From Octopus sinensis (lineage: Eukaryota): a stretch of 64,000 nucleotides of DNA. The notes under the pieces were generated by a model. It made no database searches. It saw nothing but the letters and a program-made list of their open reading frames with translations, and was not told where the DNA came from. Within the stretch, counting starts at the first letter, position 1, and the number at the start of each line of letters is the position of its first letter. The position numbers and the translations under genes are program-made. This document shows, piece after piece, positions 23,902 to 35,719 of this stretch. The stretch lies in the NCBI RefSeq assembly GCF_006345805.1, contig NW_021833274.1:1-64000 (forward strand), written 5' to 3'.

Positions 23902-26495
23902 CCACGATCAAAATAATCGTTGTGAATGCCCGTTCTATCAAGAGACGGCATCACGACTTCGTTGAGATGGTGAACAGCGGCCATCCAGACATTATTGTCG
24001 TCAACAAGTCGAAGCTCAAGGAAGATGACTCGTACCAGCTCCCAGGCTACCGGTCAGTGGATCTTAAATGGGGTAGCTGCTCTACGCCTGGGACTGGTTC
24101 GAGCATCTTTTACAGCGAAAATCTCAAAGTCTGTAACCTCACTATCATCGAGGGGACACTGTGTGAATTCCTCTTCCTTGAGGTGAAAACAGAGTCTTTC
24201 TGGCTAAAGATCGGTGGAATATACTGCAAATATCTTCCTCCCTGCACCAGTCTGATTAACGATTTCTTCTCAAATACCGCTCACTGCCTTCTTATTGGAG
24301 ACCTAAACTCGAAGCATACGGCGTTTGGATGTCGATTAAGCAACCAGGATGGTCGAACACTGAAGAAGATCACTGACAAACTTGGTGTTTTCGTCAGGAC
24401 ATCTGAAGTGCCGAACCACTAATCGCCCTACGGCGAGGACAACCTATGCCTGTCCATCTGTTCTCACTCGATCGCTACCATTATGGAAAAGCCTACAGTG
24501 CTTGACGATATCGGAAGTGATCACCTTCCTATGGAGATCAAAATTCACTCTAGCTCTATTAAAGAAGAAGACGTATCCACAGGCTACAGTCTTTCAAGAA
24601 TCAACTGGCCACACTATAGAAGCTCCATGAGTGCCTTTCTACTTGTGAACACTCACCTTACATACTACAACACTGCCAGCGACATCGACTATGCAAGCGA
24701 TGAGCTAACAAATTTCATGCGCCATTATCTAAAATCGTACGGAACAGTGCCATGTGCTGACCGCCTACGAAGATCTACTCTAAGCACGAAGGTGAAACTT
24801 CTTCTCAACGAGAGAAAGCGGCTGAGAAACAAACTCAAGCGCTGTGTTGACCCCACTGACAGGGGTAGACTTAAAGACATGATCTCGAAAATTGGCTATG
24901 AAGTTCAAGTCGTGACAAAGCTGGAAACTGCCAGGAAATGGCAGAAGGCTTGTCAAAACTTAGACTACAGAAACCCAAATTTCTGGGACTGTTTCCGCAA
25001 AGTGGCTAACCTCGAAGGAAAATCCTCACCCCCGAGGCTGTGCAACCAATTTGGTATGCCCGTCTCGCCACAGGAAATCCCGAAAATTTTCGCAGAACAC
25101 CTGGCCATTATCCAGGAAGCCAATCCAATAACGCCGCAAGGCAGGGAGTCGGAGCCACTGCCGCGCGCACTGTCGTCGGAACATCACCCGATCATCACTG
25201 CAGAGGTGACCTGGGCCATCCGTTCGTCAAAAGGCAACGCACCAGGCCACGACAAAATACCGATGCGGCTGTTTAAGGAAGCCTCTGAAGACCTACATGT
25301 GTTCCTTGCGGATCTGTTTACGGCAAGTCTCAAGTGGGGCCATGTGCCGGGAAAATGGAAAATCTCAGAGGTCCGGATGATCAAAAAGCCTGCGAAGCCT
25401 GTGAACCTCGCTAGCAGCTATCGTCCCATAAGCCTAATCCCAACTATCTCAAGGCTGATGAAAAAAATCATGGCCAAGCGCCTTGACTTCCACTCAGAAG
25501 AAAAGAGAGTGCTGCTAACGCAGCAATGGGGTTTTCGTTCTGGGCGTAGCTGCAGTGACTGTTTCATAACGGTACAGTCCATGATTTCGAGAGCAATGGA
25601 ATTTAAAGAAACTCTATCTCTTGTATGTCTGGACATTTCAAAAGCTTTCGACACCGTCTGGCACAGAGACCTACTGGAAAGGATCCAACTCTGTGTGCCT
25701 ACAGCGGAAGTCTACCTCTGGCTGCGCTGCTTTCTCTCCGAACGATACTCGTTTATTTCCGAATCTGGTTTCCGCTCAAGAGATATTTCACTCCGAAGAG
25801 GGGTTCCGCAGGGGTCCTGCCTCAGTCCACTTCTTTTCAATTTGGTTATGAGCAGTTTCCCTTTGCCCCAGGACCCTCTGACAAATCTACTTCTCTATGC
25901 TGATGACGTCCTTATCCTTGACACCTCAAAAGATGTGATGGCCTCAGAAAAGAGGCTTTTCACCTACATTGAGGTAATAAAGGAGTGGTGCGCCAGCAAA
26001 CAGCTCTCGTTAGCAATGGATAAATCCGCTTTCCTACAAATCAACTCGAAAAAGTCATCAGATCAGAGCTCTGGGCCCCTAGCCGAAATTGGACGCCCCA
26101 GCTGCATACGCTACCTGGGGCTTACGATCGACGCTAACTCAGGCTACCGTCTGCATGTAAAGAAAAAGAGAGCGAAAGCCATTGCGGCTCTCCGCCTCTT
26201 AAGAAGCATGCATCTGGATCCTAAGACATTCCTCTTTGTGTTCCATGCAACCATCCTACCCAGCTTGCTGTACGGAATGGAAGCATGGTACTACTCGAAA
26301 GATCTCGAGAAAATTTACGGGAAATGCGAGAAAATCCGACGCTACGCGCTGAAGCTAGCTTATAGGCTTGACCCACGAGGCCCCGTCCCAAGCTGGGCGG
26401 AGACCAGATCCCTGGAGATACGACAGGTCATTGAGAAATCTATCCGGTCTTTCCGGAGGAGATCCCAAGTGACCGACCTGTTTATCGACCGGTAA
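23817..26495 (+). pseudogene. LINE ORF2, APE endonuclease plus reverse transcriptase, one in-frame TAA at 24420-24422
   Basis: VNARSI, LIGDLNSKH, DIGSDHLP (APE); SYRPISL, DISKAFDTVWH, GVPQGSCLSPLLF, LYADD (RT). The two ORF-track pieces are in the same frame. No RNase H seen. Confidence 0.92.
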
Positions 26496-27057
26496 CTCTC
26501 TGCACTCGTCAAAAATTAATGAACCTACTCTGGCTCACGACAGATGAATTGGACGCAAGCTCAGAAGAGTTCAGTTGCCTTGGCATCAGTCTCGTCCTAT
26601 CACCGTCCTTAATTCCTGTCACTTTCTCTTTCTCTGTTAATTTACAATAAACTTAATTCATTCATTCATTACTAGTTTTATTCTAATTTAGAATAACTCG
26701 ACGACGCTGTTGCATTATTTTTCTGGAGTTTTGTCGCAAATCCACTGAAAGTTTAACTAAATTTTAAATAAAATATTCGTCTCACAGTGAATGGAATATC
26801 TCAAAACATTCAGTTGTTCATTAATCAAACTCTATAGACATCACCATTTATCTTATTTAAAAAACTAATTTAAAAAGTTGTATGCTCATCGTATACGAAA
26901 TTTTTCAAGCATAGTCACTCTAACAAGATGGCCCTGCAGATTATTTAATCTGTGCAGTTTATCCACCATTAAAGTACATCTATATTTATAAAAATAAATT
27001 ATGATTTTCAACTCTAAGTTGAAATTTGTTATAAATGACAAGACTGATGCATTATAT

Positions 27058-27900
27058 CAGCATTTCTCAACCTTTTTAATGGGAACCCCCAAAGTGTTTA
27101 AAAATTTTCAGGGACCCCCTATTATCGATTTTATCTTAATTAAGTTTTAAATCAAATCTTATTAATAAAAATTCATAATTTAATTAAACTGACTAATGAG
27201 ACTTGTTCTTGCATTTTAGTGATTAAAATATCAATGTTCGACTTTTTCTCAGATAGGGAAATATGCAAATCATTCCTACTTTAAGACGATTTGATACTTT
27301 GACTTTAAATATGCAAGATGTGGCATTGCCGTTTCACACAGATATGTTGTGTGAGATGGAATTAACTTCTCTACTACTATAGAACTGAGTAATGGTATAC
27401 AGTTCTTAGTTCACATCAGAATTCTATTAATGTACTGTTTATAAACAATAACAAAGGACTTTTTAATTCAATAAGGGATTCTTGAATTTTAGGTCGTCAT
27501 CTACATTCATTGAAGAAAGGAAGCGATTTACAATTCAATCAGAAACAGAATTTTATGCAAGAAAATAATTTTCAAATTTCTCGACAAGATTTGCAAAATG
27601 TTTATCAATAATTTCCAATAACGAATTATCGGGATTTCTATTTCGATAAAAAGCTTCAACAAAAGAAAAAATTGATATATTTAATTTCAAAAGTTCATTT
27701 CTCCACAAATATAATTTATTTTTGAATGTAATGATTTTTTTATTTAATTCAATTGAAGACATATATTTGCCTAAAAATTCATAAATATAGCTAACCTTGC
27801 AGAGATAAATTAAAATCATTCAAAATAGAAAAAATGTCAACAAGATAAAATAATTTTGTTTAAATTTCATCAATTCAAATAAATCAAAATGATTATTATC
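27058..27900 (-). mobile_element. hAT (Charlie/Buster-like) 3' remnant
   Basis: TIR-like CAGCATTTCTCAACCTTTTT at 27058; peptide remnants ITFKNKLYLW...HFANLVEKFENYF and TTYLCETA...LKSKY. Confidence 0.7.
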
Positions 27901-28099
27901 TTTCAAAAACATTAAAATAACATCAGACAACCCAACAACTCTTGTCAAAGCCTTTCTCGGAAAAGCCATCTGATTTCTAAATGATATAACAAAATTGAAT
28001 GTTCTGATCCAAGTTATTGTGACAGCTTTCCGAAAAATTCTATAATTAACTGCTCTCGAAAAAATAATATTAATTATTTTTATTATTTGATCAAAAACA

Positions 28100-28450
28100 A
28101 TCTTAATCTCTGATAGTAAAGTTTTTGATACAGGAAAATATTTGTCAAAGGACCACTTTGAGAAACGCTGCCTTATACAATACCTGTAGAGATTATAAAT
28201 ATTTCTTAATAATGGTCGTTAGTAGCTTTCGAAATGTGCTTGTCAAGACCGTAGATCGAAGATTGGTAGGGAGATGTCCTAGGAGTAGGAATGTGTCTGT
28301 TCTATACCTTTTGTTTATGATCTCAGCAATGAATCCATACAGTTTATGTACTCTGTGTTTAAAGAATCTGGAAATTAGGCGATCCGGGCCCGGGCTTTTG
28401 TTACTCTTCAACATGGAGCTTGCAACTACAGTCTAGACTCCGTTTGGAAC
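28100..28450 (-). mobile_element. Non-LTR RT N-terminal fragment
   Basis: LKSNKSPGPD...FFK...RKLLTTII. Confidence 0.5.
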
Positions 28451-28581
28451 ACCAAGTGTTTCAAAAACAGAAAATAGAGATCGCTCTAAAAATCGTATAA
28501 AAATTTGCTCTTATTGTGTACATTACTATACTTTGTTGATTATAAACCTTATAATTTAATGAAAAACTATCATTGTTTATA

Positions 28582-29323
28582 CAGTCCGACCTCTAAATGG
28601 GGCACTAAGTGCCTCAAATCAGAGGTTTCCCCAAAAAAGAGGTTTTTCAAAAAGCTCAATAAATAAAGAAAAAGAACATTATTTTTTAAAATAATCAGTT
28701 AATTTTTCTCCATATTTATATTTATTTTTAATTCCTAACGACACTTTCTTTCTGAATTCATAAAAATCATGAAGAGAATCTGGAATCAAATCAAAGATGT
28801 TTGTCTCTAAGTTTTCCATCAAACTTAAAATTTGTGATATTGATGGTTCGCAGCTTATATTCTCATAGATATTAGGATCATTATCTTCTATTTCATCAAA
28901 ACATTCATCAATAACATTATTAAATATTTCTTCAGATGATTCATTTATGCAACTCGAGTCTTTTTTGATAAATGGAAGAATATTCTTTTTTATACGAAAA
29001 ATAGTTCCCTTGCTAGTATTGTACATTATGGATAATCTCCTCTCAGAATGTTCTTTCTTTAAAAGATGATCAGCAATCTTCAACTTGGTTTCATAATTCA
29101 AAGGCATTACACAAGAAATTTGAAATGAAACGTGTCTTAAAATATTTATTTTAAATTGGTATAATTAATTTTATAATAAAAAATCAATGCCCCAAATAGA
29201 GATGTTAAAATTAATTGATTTTTTATAATTCGGTTAAAAAAATTTATAATGTTCCAAAACAGAGTTTCCCCAAAAAAGAGGTGCCCCACCCCTGGAGGTG
29301 CGCCCCAATTAGAGGTCGGACTG
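28582..29323 (-). mobile_element. pogo/Tigger deletion derivative, 742 bp, related to 5021-6369
   Basis: TIRs CAGTCCGACCTCTAA with TA TSD. Confidence 0.9.
28679..29107 (-). CDS. Open 142-aa fusion of the pogo N-terminal HTH and C-terminal tail, with no DDE domain
   Basis: MPLNYETKLKIA...YNTSKGTIFRIKKNI joined in frame to ...LHDFYEFRKK...KLTDYFKK*. Confidence 0.6.
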   Translation of the reverse strand: MPLNYETKLKIADHLLKKEHSERRLSIMYNTSKGTIFRIKKNILPFIKKDSSCINESSEEIFNNVIDECFDEIEDNDPNIYENISCEPSISQILSLMENLETNIFDLIPDSLHDFYEFRKKVSLGIKNKYKYGEKLTDYFKK

Positions 29324-29469
29324 TAATAATCACTAATTTTTGTGTCCATAACCATATTTAAATATTAAATTGCGCATGAATTTTTTTCTAAATCATAAAA
29401 ATCTTCGAGAAAATCCGGCAACATATTTAACACATTTTCCTCAACTTTTTTATTTTATCAATGACTATT

Positions 29470-30310
29470 CTTATAGTTTCCTGTTGGGCACGGTTCTCTC
29501 AACTGACTTCGAACATTACGTGCCTCCTAAGTTATAATCAGAGGTCCTGAAGTGGCATTCGCTTGGTCTTGAAACTCCGGATCTTCCGAAAAGGCAATTT
29601 GCTTGGACAAAATTCCCATTCAATTCCGTACTAAGTCATTCCGCGTATCCCTAGATCAACATCGTTTGGCCTGCTTTGAGACGGCCTGACGTCCCCACAT
29701 CAGTGCCTGGTTAAATGCCACTCCATTCCAAAGTAGTGGTAACCTTCTAGAAAATAAGTCCCTTAAGACAGGAGTTTGTTTACGCCTCGGTCTTCGCCTA
29801 TGTAAGTCCACATGTCTGCCGCTGTGACGCGAAAATCTGTCGCTTTGGTCTGCACGCGCTATCGTGTAGACGGAGCGCTGGCATTATCCCGAAGAACGCT
29901 GCCCTAAATGATCTTATCAGGAGAGCTTTAGAAGTCGTTGGTATCCCCTCCATACTCGAACCCGCTGGGATCGATTGGGGGACCGGATACTGTGTTTCTC
30001 TTCAATAGAAGGACGCCACGTGTATGCTCATTCCCGTCCGAGAACCTGCTGATGTCCGCATCTGCCCCTGGATCAATCGCCATTACTTCCGAATGTAAAA
30101 AGATGCAAATGTACTCTTGTGGAGAAGTATCAATTCCTCCATTCGCAGTTGAAACGTCGGGGTCTTTGAGTAGAAAGACAATCAGCTTCGTTCAGGAGAT
30201 CGGGTCTCGGATGTCGACACTCACAGACGACCCCCGCGAATAGAGATGGCTCTTTAAGCGGATATCCCGATCGTATCAACCTCTCGCCCGGTGATGCATT
30301 AGTCTTTAAT
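29470..30310 (+). mobile_element. CRE-clade retrotransposon 3' half (CCHC finger plus RLE), degenerate
   Basis: AWLNATP, LRLGLRLCK, CRC...GLHALSCRRSAG, LNDLIRRAL...GIPSILEP, PFAVETSG, TDDPRE*RWLFKRIS. Confidence 0.85.
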
Positions 30311-31650
30311 TCATCAATTTAATTAACAGTAATAAACAACTGAAATTTAGCTTCAATTCAATCATGAAAAATTCGCTCTGATGGACGGTGATGTAAAATT
30401 TTGATTCAAATTAATCCAAAATGAGTTTTATTTTTTTTCTTTTTATTGATGTGCTGCTGAAAAAAACTGAAAAGCCCATGACATTCCATACGGAGTCCAA
30501 CTTAGATTTTAAATCCAGGTTTTATGAAATTTTGACTTTGACCTTACTTATTAAAATATTAGGAGGATAAAAATTTAGTTAAATAAAAAATATTATTTTT
30601 ATTAAAAAAAATTCAATTTCAAAAGTATTAATTTTTGATTAGATTTATTAACACGCTGTTTTTGTTGTGCTCTTAAATTATTATAATTTTCAATGATTAC
30701 AGTATTATCCCTGTCTGATTATGTGATTTATTTACTATATGAGAAATTAGCTATTTTTATACAGTTTTTGTAATGAATTTGTAATTATTTACAACTATAA
30801 CTGACAATGCTTTGGAAAACAACACTCCATATAAGATCGCGTTTAACGCGATTAGAATAACCTCGGAAAGCCGCTTAAAAGAGTTCAAAGTTGAAATAAT
30901 TTGGACTCATTTTCACTATTTTGATCGCTCTAGCAGTAGAAAGTACAGAATCAACTTAAACAGAGAAATTAATTAGTTGAATAGGCCAATATTATTCGGA
31001 TATTCAATGAGCATCCATGTATTATTGATAAAGAAAGTTAATCTTAGTTTAATTTGTTGTTCGATAATTGTTAAACTATTTTTGAATTATAGTTTAGTTG
31101 CAAAAACAAACAAAATTTAGTCAGTTTGTTTAAAAAATTATGGTTAATTAAATTAATTAATCAATTTATTTATAAAAACAGAGCAGTCTGCAAGCACGAC
31201 GGGGCAGTATCATCTGGACAAATTTAGTCTATCTAATAATTAAGATTATTCTTTTATGAACAAACGAACCGTCCCGTCATGTCCCGACCCTCTCCTATTC
31301 GTATTGCAGTAGGGAAACTGAGTCGTCTGGACAGTCAACTTCTCTATCAGTAACACTACTTGTTGCGCTGATCGTTATAGTTACCAATAACGTTAATAAT
31401 ATCTTATCCAGATAATATTGTTTTCAGCTTCCTCCTTTTCGCCTCCGATCCGTGTCATGGAACGGAATATAGCGTCCGTGTCCTCGACAGGTTTCATTGA
31501 TGTCTCGTGGTGGCTAATTCTTCTATTCAGTTGCTCATTGCTTGCCCCAACATCCATTAAAATACTTGTTACATGATTTGCCGACGCTACTAATAGTTTG
31601 TATTCTGGACACATTTTCTCTAATCTCTTTTTAATCACGACCGTCTAGAG

Positions 31651-33105
31651 CAGGGTTTCTTAACCGGGGGTACGCGGAACATTTTTTAATTTGTTATTAT
31701 TAAGATGATTTTGATAATTTAATTTAATCGATTTTGATAAGATGCTTCATTTGTTTTTCCAATAAGCATCCATTGTTTTTCCAATAAGTTGTATGAATCT
31801 ACCGATATCAGTTCAATGTGCCAACTAGTCGCATGTGTTCGATTTGTTGAAGAGGATTCTGTCGTGGACGAGTTTTTATTTTGTTTCAAAATGACAGGAA
31901 GAACACGAGGAAATGATATATTTTATCTCTTTGCGTCTTTCCATGTTTCCAATAATATTCCCTGGACTAAAGTTGGGGTGATATGCACTGATGGAGCACC
32001 TGCCATGCTCCGACGTCGATCTGGTTTTATTGCACTGATTAAGGATGTCGCACCTTATATTATCGCAAACCATTGTGCAATACATAAGTATGCTCTTGCT
32101 GTAAAGACGATGCCTCAAGAATTGAAAATTGTTCTTCATTCGACCGTAAAGTCAGTTAATTTGATTCGTGCGAGGGCGACTAATCATAGGCTTTTTAAAT
32201 TATTATGCGAAGAAATGGAAACAGAACATTCAGTACTAATTTTCCACACTGAAGTTCGGTGGTTGTCAAGAGGAAGGGTGCTTAAACGGGTTGACAAACT
32301 AATTGGTACACTCACTACTTTTTTACAAGAAATAAATAATATAGAACTCGCCAATATGTTCGCAGATTATGCCTTTAAACAAAAGTTATTATATCTTGCT
32401 GATATATAAACGAATTAAATTTATCCATATAGGGAAATTTTTCTTTTTTATCCTGAAGGTAATAATATCTCAAGCATAGAAGCTTTTGAAAAAGTTGCAG
32501 GAATTAATTAGAAATAATAAACCTGAAAAGTGGATTATTTTACAAATCGACGAACACCTAAAAATTTGAAAATTAAATTCGGAGAATATTTTAATAGCGA
32601 TCAGATTGTTCCCGATTTGATTTTAGAACCATTTTTTTGTAAGATTGATGAGGCTCAGGAACTTCCTTTTCTACAAGAATTAATCGATTTATGAAGCTCT
32701 GCGACTGCAAGGGTTACTTGCACAATTTTTGTGACTATTCAGATATGTTTTAATTTTTGCACACTTATGGAATTTTGGAGTAAAATGGTTCTAAAGTATT
32801 CGTTATTGACTATGGCTAGTATGCAATATTTAATTCCTTATCCAACAATATATACTTATGCGAAACTGCGATGTCTTGTTTATCATCTATTAAAAAGAAA
32901 TCTCGTAATCGATTGAAAGTTTTTAGCACAAAATATTTTATTGATTTTGTTTAGTTAGAAAATAATTTATATTTTGTAATTAAATCATTTATCTCAAAAA
33001 AAGATATGTAAAAAATTTAAAAATCGACAGGGAGGTACGCGGGATCCATTTTTAACCACAAGGGGTACAATTTATCAAAAATTTGAAAAAGGTTAAGAAC
33101 CGCTG
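31651..33105 (+). mobile_element. hAT/Buster (ZBED5-like) element, internally deleted
   Basis: TIRs CAG(G/C)G(T/G)TTCTTAACC and 8-bp TSD GTCTAGAG. Remnant ESTDIS...ICTDGAPAM...[11 protein letters not shown]...[14 protein letters not shown]. Confidence 0.93.
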
Positions 33106-33139
33106 GTCTAGAGTCTAGACATAGACATGGCTCGAATCA

Positions 33140-33240
33140 TAACTTTGTAGCCAATATATACTATAATTAGAACTAAATTGGAATTGCTTGAATAATCACC
33201 TTGTAGTCAATATATACTATAATTAGAACTAAATTGAAAT
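33140..33240 (+). repeat. Two-copy tandem duplication of about 60 bp
   Basis: TTGTAG(C/T)CAATATATACTATAATTAGAACTAAATTG occurs twice. Confidence 0.8.
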
Positions 33241-33479
33241 TTTGAGGGAATCTAATTAATTCCAGAAACAAACAAAATGTTTTAGGAAATACTTGATAGA
33301 AAGACAGAGTATTAGTTTTTACGACCAGAAAAAAACTTAGAATGGAAAAATTAAATAAAACTTATTCAATTTAGACTATGAAAAAGATTTGATATTTAGA
33401 CAGCCACTACTGAGATCTCTAATCGTCAATTTAAAATTTATCAAAACAAAATATTTTATTTAAAACCAAATGAATGAAC

Positions 33480-33800
33480 AGTCACTAGTATCATTTTAAA
33501 CATGACTTTTCAGTCAACTTCCTAAAAATATATTTAAAAACGTACCAAATTGTCCAAGTTGTCCGAAAAGTCGGCAGAAAGTCTTTTTATACAAAAAGAA
33601 CACATTCTTGGTCTCAGTTTGATTGGTGCCCAGGTTTTTGTATGGTGGGATTTATATTTTCTCTTTTCAAGCTTTCAATATATTCAGCAGTAGACAAACA
33701 ATTGCAGGAGTTCATGATTAATGTATAATGTCAGCGCTCTATACTTATTTTAAATCATTGGGATAACGCATAATCGATTATTTAAGTTATTTCAAATTAA
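33480..33800 (+). mobile_element. Possible Merlin/ISXO2-like transposase N-terminal remnant
   Basis: PNCPSCPK...RKSF...IFSLFKLSI resembles the Merlin zinc-ribbon region; heavily decayed. Confidence 0.3.
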
Positions 33801-34447
33801 AAATTAGCTTCATTGTAATTAAGCTCAATATTGTATTTAATTAAGAGCTGATCTTTATAGTCATTATGTCATAATCGAAATATTTTTTCACAGTTCGATT
33901 ACTTTTAATGATAGAGTATAATAAATATTTGCTATGCTTGACATATTTTAAAAAGAATATATCAAATTTTACTCTAACCATATTGGATAATGACATTTCT
34001 TATTTACTGTTAGAAAACATTCGACAGACAGTTAAAAAAAGTTTATAATAAATTATAGCTCTATTCTGAAGAAAATATTTTAAAACTAAATTATTTTCAA
34101 TTGTCTAATAATTAATTTTTTTTTAGAACTTTAATTAAGAAATCCATTTTCAGGATGGTAATTTGAGTTATCTCTACAATCAATAATTTTATTTACATTT
34201 CTCGTTTTTTGTTTTATATTTGGTTATTCTAGTGGCTCGCAACCTGCTTTCCGCAAAATTTATTCTAAATTTTTGTGTTAGTATTTCTCAATAAGGATTT
34301 TTTACGTCAAAGATATTATTCCGTTATCATTAGATTGTAGAACAGGCCCTGATTTAGTTTGATGTCTTCTCATAGATATAAAGTGTAATTTGATTCTGTT
34401 GGGAAGTTAGGAAGATGTAAATCGTTCTTCCAAAAAGTCTCAATATA

Positions 34448-35463
34448 CACTCAACCCTCTCAAATTAGCCCCTCTCAAATTGGCCACAAATTTTATAGCT
34501 CCCAGCCTGCTTGGATGACTGGGAAAATCTTCATAGATTGGCTAATAAACTTTGATTTGAATCTAAAATTACAGAGAAAACAAATTTTGCTTATTCTGGA
34601 TAACTTTCCTTTCCATTGCATACCAGAAAATTTGTCTAATATTGAAATCATGTTTATACCGCGAGATAGTACAGGCTTGGTCCAGCCAATGAACCTGGGA
34701 ATCATAAAAAATTTCAAAACGCTTTTCAATAAGGACAAACTTGCATTTTTAACGGATTTGTTAGAACATCAAAAAATATTTGTCATAGTTCACATTAAAG
34801 AATGTTGTGATATTTGTTAAAATGGCATGGAAAGATGTGTCGCAACATATTATTTCAAATTGTTTGGAATTCTTAATAATAATAACGTGAAAAATAATTC
34901 AAAAGATAGTATATCAATAGAAAAGACAGATATTTTTGATCCGTTGGATATTGAAGAATTTCTTGCATATGAATATGCAGAAAATGATACAATAAAAAAG
35001 ATGGACAATGGCGGAAACATTGAAGATGAAAATGATGAAAATATAAATCATGAGGAAGAAATTAACAAAAATGACATTCTGGTAAGGTTAACGACAATTG
35101 AAGAAGATTTATTTAAAAACATTGAAAACGAGAATGATGTCTTACTAATCTCATCTAAATTTTTTATTAATTTGTCAATAAAAGCATGAAAAAATGGCTA
35201 AGCAATTTTTTTTGACGAGCACTGTATAAGACGTTACAAAGAAAATATACTGATATCTAAAAAAACAAATGTGAATTGAATTTTACTTTAAAAAATTAAG
35301 ATTTTTTTTAATTTTATTTAAATTTAAAAAAATTATGCTAACTGAAGATAAATTAAAGTAGTTTGTTTGTAAAATTATCGATTTTATTCTCTAATTGGCC
35401 AATTCTCAAATTGGGCAACAAAATTGAAGGAACCAAAAATGGCCAATTTGAAAGGGTTGAGTG
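34448..35463 (+). mobile_element. pogo/Tigger-like deletion derivative with an inserted solo Tc1 end
   Basis: TIRs CACTCAACCCT(C/T)TCAAATT with TA TSD. Peptide WMTGKIFIDWL...LILDNFPFH...VQPMNLGIIKNFK. About 70 bp of the 4820 Tc1 left end sits inverted at 35157-35224. Confidence 0.85.
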
Positions 35464-35719
35464 TATGTGAAGTAGGTATAATCAATACAATTTTTCATGT
35501 TAACTGGTGATAGGATAATTACCAAGAACTAATTTCTTCTTTAGGGTTAATTAACCCTAATATTAACACTTATTTCTTGAAAATTTAATTTTAATATCTA
35601 GGGCATAGATCGAGTCAGTCACAATTAGGATAAAGAGTAAATTGAGGGTCAAATTTTGTAAGATAAAATTAAAATTATTAATTGTGTTAAAAAAACCTTT
35701 TTAATCTCCTCTATTTAAA

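Larger units (their letters stand above)
22630..26670 (+). mobile_element. Near-full-length Jockey/I-group-like LINE with (ATTC)n tail (clade assignment tentative)
   Basis: GC-richer 4-kb island containing ORF1 and ORF2, ending AATAAACTTAATTCATTCATTCATT at 26670. No TSD found. Confidence 0.9.
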
